Under the pieces are notes generated by a model. The model saw only the letters and a list, made by a program, of their open reading frames with translations, had not been told where the DNA came from and made no database searches. This document shows positions 59,001 to 64,000 of a DNA stretch of 64,000 nt, piece after piece. Source of the stretch: Rhodosorus marinus CCMP1338 (taxonomy: Eukaryota > Plantae > Rhodophyta); NCBI GenBank assembly GCA_029953675.1, contig JAMWBK010000003.1, positions 992,001 to 1,056,000 on the forward strand, given 5' to 3'. Numbering within the stretch: the first letter of the stretch is position 1; the number at the start of each line of letters is the position of its first letter. Position numbers and translations under genes: made by a program.

Positions 59001-59807
59001 CCCCCTACGATAATTTCGTTGATTATTGCGTCGTACCTGTCTATCGGTTCGCTCTTTCGATTGCTCCGCTCCTGCTGCCTCTAGCAAAAGCGTTTCAGTC
59101 GTTTCCATCCCAATTTCCTCCAAGTCATCGTTCCCTGTATCGTCAACAACCTCCCCCATAATGCTCCGACGTGCTTCCTCAGCCTTTGAAATACCCTCCT
59201 TGACAAGGTAGCGCACCACCTAAACAGGGAGAAGAGTGCCGACGACAGTCAGTGTTGGATCGCTTTCAGCGCAACATGTCAAAAGTCTTGCCCATACCTT
59301 TTCCAATGACGCCACGTTCTGAGTAGAGCACAGCGCTCTGTACTTGTGAAGTGCTTCCTTGATTAAAGTCTGTCTCCGGTTCTTAACGCATAGTTCCATC
59401 AGTTTCATCATAATACCCTCATATTTAACATTCCACTGACGCTTCCTTTGCGTGTTGTCCGTGATGATATTGTACAAGGCCATCAGGGCTGTTTCCTCCT
59501 GACCAACGGAGATAAGCTCTGTCGATGAGGAAACAAGAAAAGAATGAAACAGAGAGACAAAGGGTTAGTTCTCAAATCCGAGTCCACTTCCACGCTGGTC
59601 TCAGCGGAAGCGGGACAATCGTCGAAATCGGGGACGATCCCTCCAAACACGCACACACCGTCACTGACAAATACGAAAACAAGCTCGAACGTATTATCAT
59701 GATGCAAAACACTTACGGTCAGCTCGATCAAGAGCATACTCCGGCTTCAGCGCAGTAGCACGCCGATCGTTGCCGAAGTAGTTCATATATCTCTTCCGTG
59801 GAGGCAT
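56022..59807 (-). CDS. EIF3A: Eukaryotic translation initiation factor 3 subunit A (multi-exon)
   Basis: KPEYALDRAD|ELISVGQEETALMALY; IMMKLMELCV; KEALHKYR; VVPWMKFMWEVFRVVLDI; FRRLCDILRQHL; FLETRFLQL; PCI domain; long Glu/Arg-rich coiled coil. Confidence 0.95.
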
Positions 59808-62185
59808 CTTGCTTAAATCCTTTGATTTCCACAAGACACGTTAATCTCCTCCTCCTCTTCTTTAAAAAAAGGAGCAATTCTCAAGTTGCTTTCACCCTCA
59901 CCAGGTTGCCAACATTCCCCTAAGAGATCCCTAGTTACACAACAGCAGACTAACCATATTCCCCAAGCAATACGCCCCGTCACCGTTCCCGTCCCCACAA
60001 GCCCGTATTTTTTATAATCTCATCTAGCATTCCACCCCACCCCCCCCTATAATATTACATCATTCTTCAAACCCGAAAAATTGGTTAGTTTTTCAAACGA
60101 TTTTGGCCCGACGCACATATCCCGAAACCTCTTTTCTGAAGCTTTGCCCTTGAAAACTGTCCTGAAATCCAACCATTTCGATTCGCGAAACTAGGAACCC
60201 CCCTTCCCCCCCCCACCCCCTTTTTAATTGCTTTTTGCGTAGGAATAGAGTATGTCGACCGACGTCAACCAATTTGGCGCAAATAAACCTCATTTCGTGT
60301 AAAATGCAGAATTTTGTGCATATTGACGTTAATTGCACGTATTTAATCCTGATTATTATAAATATTCATATTTTTAAGCTTAATTTCGCGTTGCTAAAAT
60401 GTTATCGAATAGCTAAAACTTGCAGAGGGTTTCCGTGGCATTGATTATTTGGCTTCCAGTTCGTAGCTAGTGCTCTTTCTTTTGCAACCCTTGGGAAGAT
60501 TGCAAAGTGGAAACAGAAAACAATGTGTTATTTATTGTAGTTTAGGTTTCTGGAATTTAGTGCTATTTTTCAGGAGGTAGATCAATGCTCGGGACCGGAT
60601 GAGGGTAAGAGAAGGGGTAGTCCATTTCATATCAAAAGCAAAAAAATTCCGCCGGCAAAGATGACAGCTGTCTCTTGCGCAAATGGATGGGGATCAATAC
60701 AAATATCACAGTTCAGCTCCGCATGCTAGTGCACTGTCCAATGAACTGAACTGAGTCCAGTTCGCGCTATATTTGCTTTGCTTTGAGAATGGATGCCTCG
60801 AAATGCCACAGAGTACATCTGATTCCTCTCTATGCCTCGTTGGTATTGGGGACTAACCTAGCACACAACCCGGATTCCACTCGAAACCCGTAAGAAAATG
60901 TATCGTTTGAGATACCTTCGCCGATCCAGCGATGGAATTTCGCGAGTACGAAACCTTTTCCTACAGGAAGAGGGGGCTCGCCTTAGCCAACCTAGTGTAG
61001 AGCTTTTGCGAGGATGCTATCTTTCTTTCTCGAGGAAAACAGCTTCAACAGTTTGACAGTGTTGAAGTGGTACACAACAATCCGGGGATCGCGGACCAAC
61101 GTAAATCTCGAGTACTACGCTCCGACTCTCCTAGGTATAGTGAACAAGTAGTTCTCACTGGCGACCTGTTCGATACCAGGTGAGGCGGATGCCGTACCCA
61201 GGCCGCATCCGCTGGCTGTGCCTTGAGTTGCTGCCTGCATTGTCCACTCGATATTTAGAAAGGAGACCAGATCTCGAAGGAACCAGCTAAGGAATGTCTT
61301 GGACCCCTTTAGAGCGATGGAACTGATGAGGTTGGAACGGTCCTGGCAGCAGACTCCTGGTCCACGGATCAACTCTTTGCTCCGTTTCGCTCTGCACGGA
61401 GTATGAAGCAATCATGGAAAAAAATTGATTCACTACGGATCGGGTTATTGGTTCGTTCATGTCCTCGGTTCTGTCAAAACCAATGAGGAACGTGTTTGAG
61501 TAGACTCTCTTTAATTTCATCAATTTTATGATAGGTCACGTTGAGTCCGGTGCGCGAACATTCGGGATAGAGTCCCTTTCCTTGTCGGAGAGTCAACATC
61601 TCGCTGGACCAAGCTTAAAGTTTTAAAAGGCTCTCTAAGGGTAGCAAGGCTGAATGCAGACAGAACAACTAACAGAAGCCCGTCCATCCGCTAAACATTG
61701 CGGTTCCCGTGCATGGAGAGGCGCATCGAAAGAGGATTCTTCTTCCTGTTCAATCTTCCTCATCCCATCTTCATCTGTTTGCACGAAAACGGAAGGAATC
61801 CTCCTTCCACTTCTCGTACGTCGTACTGGCTCAGCTCTATGCAAATATTTTGTGTCTATCTACCGGAAACTAGCTGAGCGAACGGGTTCTTCTCGATGAA
61901 AGAGTATCGAAAGAGATCAATGACGGCGCAGAGCAGATCAATTCATTTTTACGAAGTTCTGTTATGAACTTCCCCAGCGAATTGTTCACACACAAGCCAG
62001 TTGTTCCAGTCCAACATCCAAAGTTGCCCCTCCGCCTCATGTCCGCTGATACAGCGGCCGCGTCGGTGACATGAGTTGTTTCAGTTTGCGGGAGCTGGAT
62101 GGAACAGAGAAGATCTTGATGATCTTTTATCCAAGTATTTCGTTGACTAATCCACAGGATCAGAAGTCCAGAAGAACTTTTCACA

Positions 62186-64000
62186 ATGTCGTATTATAGT
62201 GGAGGTGGGGGAGGACGCGGTGGTGGAGGCTACGGTGGTGGTGGTGGTGGTGGTGGTTATGGCGGTGGAGGTGGAGGTGGATATGGTGGCGGCGGAGGTG
62301 GATATAGAGGTCGCGGAGGAGGAGGTCGTGGTGGTTATGGCGGTGGGCGTGGTGGTGGTGGCGGTGGCGGCGGTGGATACAATCGCCAACCGCGAAGTGG
62401 CGGAGGAGGTGGCTCTGCTGATGAGCTGTACAAGGTATCCAAGCACGCTCACATCCGCTGCATATCTGTGAACGGATTGCTGAAGATGGGTTACTTGATG
62501 ATCCCGTTGTTTGTGCTCATTCATTCCTTAGTACATCCAAAGCATCGACAGAGCCCAGTATCCGGCGTATCGGGATATCATGGGAACCTGGGAGTACAAG
62601 GATTTCAGTCTCATCGTAGACTACGTTCAGTCAGACCCATTCGCACCTCCATCGAGGTGTAGAGTTCGAGTCCCTGCCTCACAAGCTGGTTTCCCTGCCG
62701 ATCTCACATCCAGCAAGATTCGAACAGTTGGGTTTTGCGACTATCTCTCACGAATGTTCTGGAGAGAGACCAACGACGCCGGTGCAGTAAGCTTTTGCAG
62801 TACGGCCTGTCCACGCTCTGTCTGCGCAATTTTAAATGCTGCTCTTCCGTACATAGGACGCAGCTCCAGAAAGTCAAGGGTGGCATGGTTCCAAGGGTGG
62901 CGCGATCATGATGGAGAAGCCCGGTCAACATGTTCTTGAGAGAACCTCTGTCTTGATCTCCAAGGGGTTCATTGAAGCTCGATTCACGATAACTCTTCCC
63001 GCTCGAGGACGTTCAATTGGTAAGTTTGACAACCATCCGATCCTAGGCTCTTTCCGTTTTGGAAGAAGCCAAGGTCGATGCAAAGCGTCCGGTTTCAGTG
63101 CGACGGCTGATGGGACACTAAGCAAAGTGTGTGTTCCGCAACTACAGAGGGCCTTCGAGCTGCGGCCATTTTTGGAGACGAGCTTCCACCGATAGTCGCA
63201 AATTCACTTTATGCTCGGAGCCTGAACCTTGATCACCTCCGAGAACACGTCATCAGCGTCGAAGATCAAGAACACCTAAGAAGAGTATCTCTGAACAAGC
63301 TAGGCCTTGTCGCGTTCGTGGCAAATGGAGCAGTCCTCCCAAGAAAAAGCGGTATCGATGATGCTCCAATGGATAAAGCGAAGGCGATACTGTTCGAAAC
63401 GCCACCAAGTTTGGCGGCCGAGGTCAAGCTGCCCAGCGGTCGAACGTTGACAGGAATGGGTATACCCAAGGGGATTGCTTTAATCGTAAGTTGCACTCAC
63501 TCTACAGCGGATCAGTCTGGTACGTGACAGAATGCAGCCGGATTAACCGCGAGGGGTTTCATTCTTTGACACCACTCCAGGTTGGAGGAGGGTTTCATGG
63601 AAAATCGACTCTCCTTGAAGCACTCGAAGTAGGTGTCTATAACCATGTACCTGGTGACGGAAGAGAGTTCGTCGCGACTGATTTGACCGGAGTGAAAATC
63701 AGAGCCGAGGATGGGAGAAGTGTTACCTCCGTCGACATATCACCGTTTATCAACAACTTACCATTTCAAAAATCTACCAAGTCTTTCTCCACACCGGACG
63801 CCTCGGGGAGTACATCACAAGTACGCAGTTAACCACATAACCACATTACCACAAAGACCGGTGGAATACTCACCTCGGGTCGGTGTCCTTACAGGCGGCG
63901 AACATCATCGAAGCTGTTCAAGCTGGCACGAAGTGCCTGTTGGTGGATGAGGATACATGTGCGACGAACTTCATGATTCGAGATGCGCGAATGCAGGAGC
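62186..64000 (+). CDS. ABC_ATPase (COG3044/PF09818, MRB1590-like) P-loop ATPase with a Gly/Tyr/RGG N-terminal extension; runs off the window end
   Basis: YIQSIDRAQYPAYRDI, DYVQSDPFAPPSR, EKPGQHVLERTSV, LPARGRSI, FVANGAVLPRKSG, GGGFHGKSTLLEALEVGVYNHVPGDGRE, IRAEDGR, DASGSTSQAANIIEA, LLVDEDTCATNFMIRD. Confidence 0.93.

Noticed and set aside
61100-62180. Several 60-105 aa minus-strand ORFs divergent from the ABC_ATPase
   Set aside because: I could not assemble a consistent spliced product or recognise a domain.
1-64000. tRNA, rRNA or spliceosomal snRNA genes
   Set aside because: No T-loop/D-loop cloverleaf, rRNA signature or U1/U2/U4/U5/U6 hallmark was recognised by eye. A cmscan or tRNAscan-SE run would be decisive.

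Overview
This is a eukaryotic nuclear genomic window, most consistent with a unicellular red alga. Evidence: short GT-AG introns, mostly 50-110 nt; simple M-x-FV-type plastid transit peptides without a signal peptide; nuclear rps15 and PTOX. About 22 protein-coding genes can be reconstructed by splicing: tandem PTOX x2, VPS2/CHMP2, bacterial-type myo-inositol dehydrogenase, IKS1-like kinase, TRAPPC12, AIG2/GGCT, HisI, a CDS/CdsA-like protein, an FNR-like+DnaJ fusion, a UBTD-like protein, a TMX-type thioredoxin, a 49-aa STMP1-like microprotein missed by the ORF track, poly(A) polymerase, rps15, REXO4, NAGK, a BAR-like protein, an SPX-EXS (PHO1/XPR1) protein, a NUMOD3 protein, eIF3a and an RGG-tagged ABC_ATPase (runs off the 3' end). 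No tRNA, rRNA or CRISPR array was recognised. The most unusual items are: (1) a 509-aa plastid-targeted fusion of a degenerate FNR-like oxidoreductase fold, a Trp-rich linker and an intact J-domain; (2) a tail-to-tail neighbouring plastid CDP-DAG-synthase homolog that has lost its catalytic signature; (3) a PHO1/XPR1 homolog whose SPX domain has lost the inositol-pyrophosphate-binding residues; (4) a NUMOD3 + Sld2/RecQ4-N-like organellar DNA-binding candidate; (5) recurring 3-4-copy tandem arrays (units 14-300 bp) in intergenic DNA. All protein assignments are by manual translation and remembered motifs; no database search was run.
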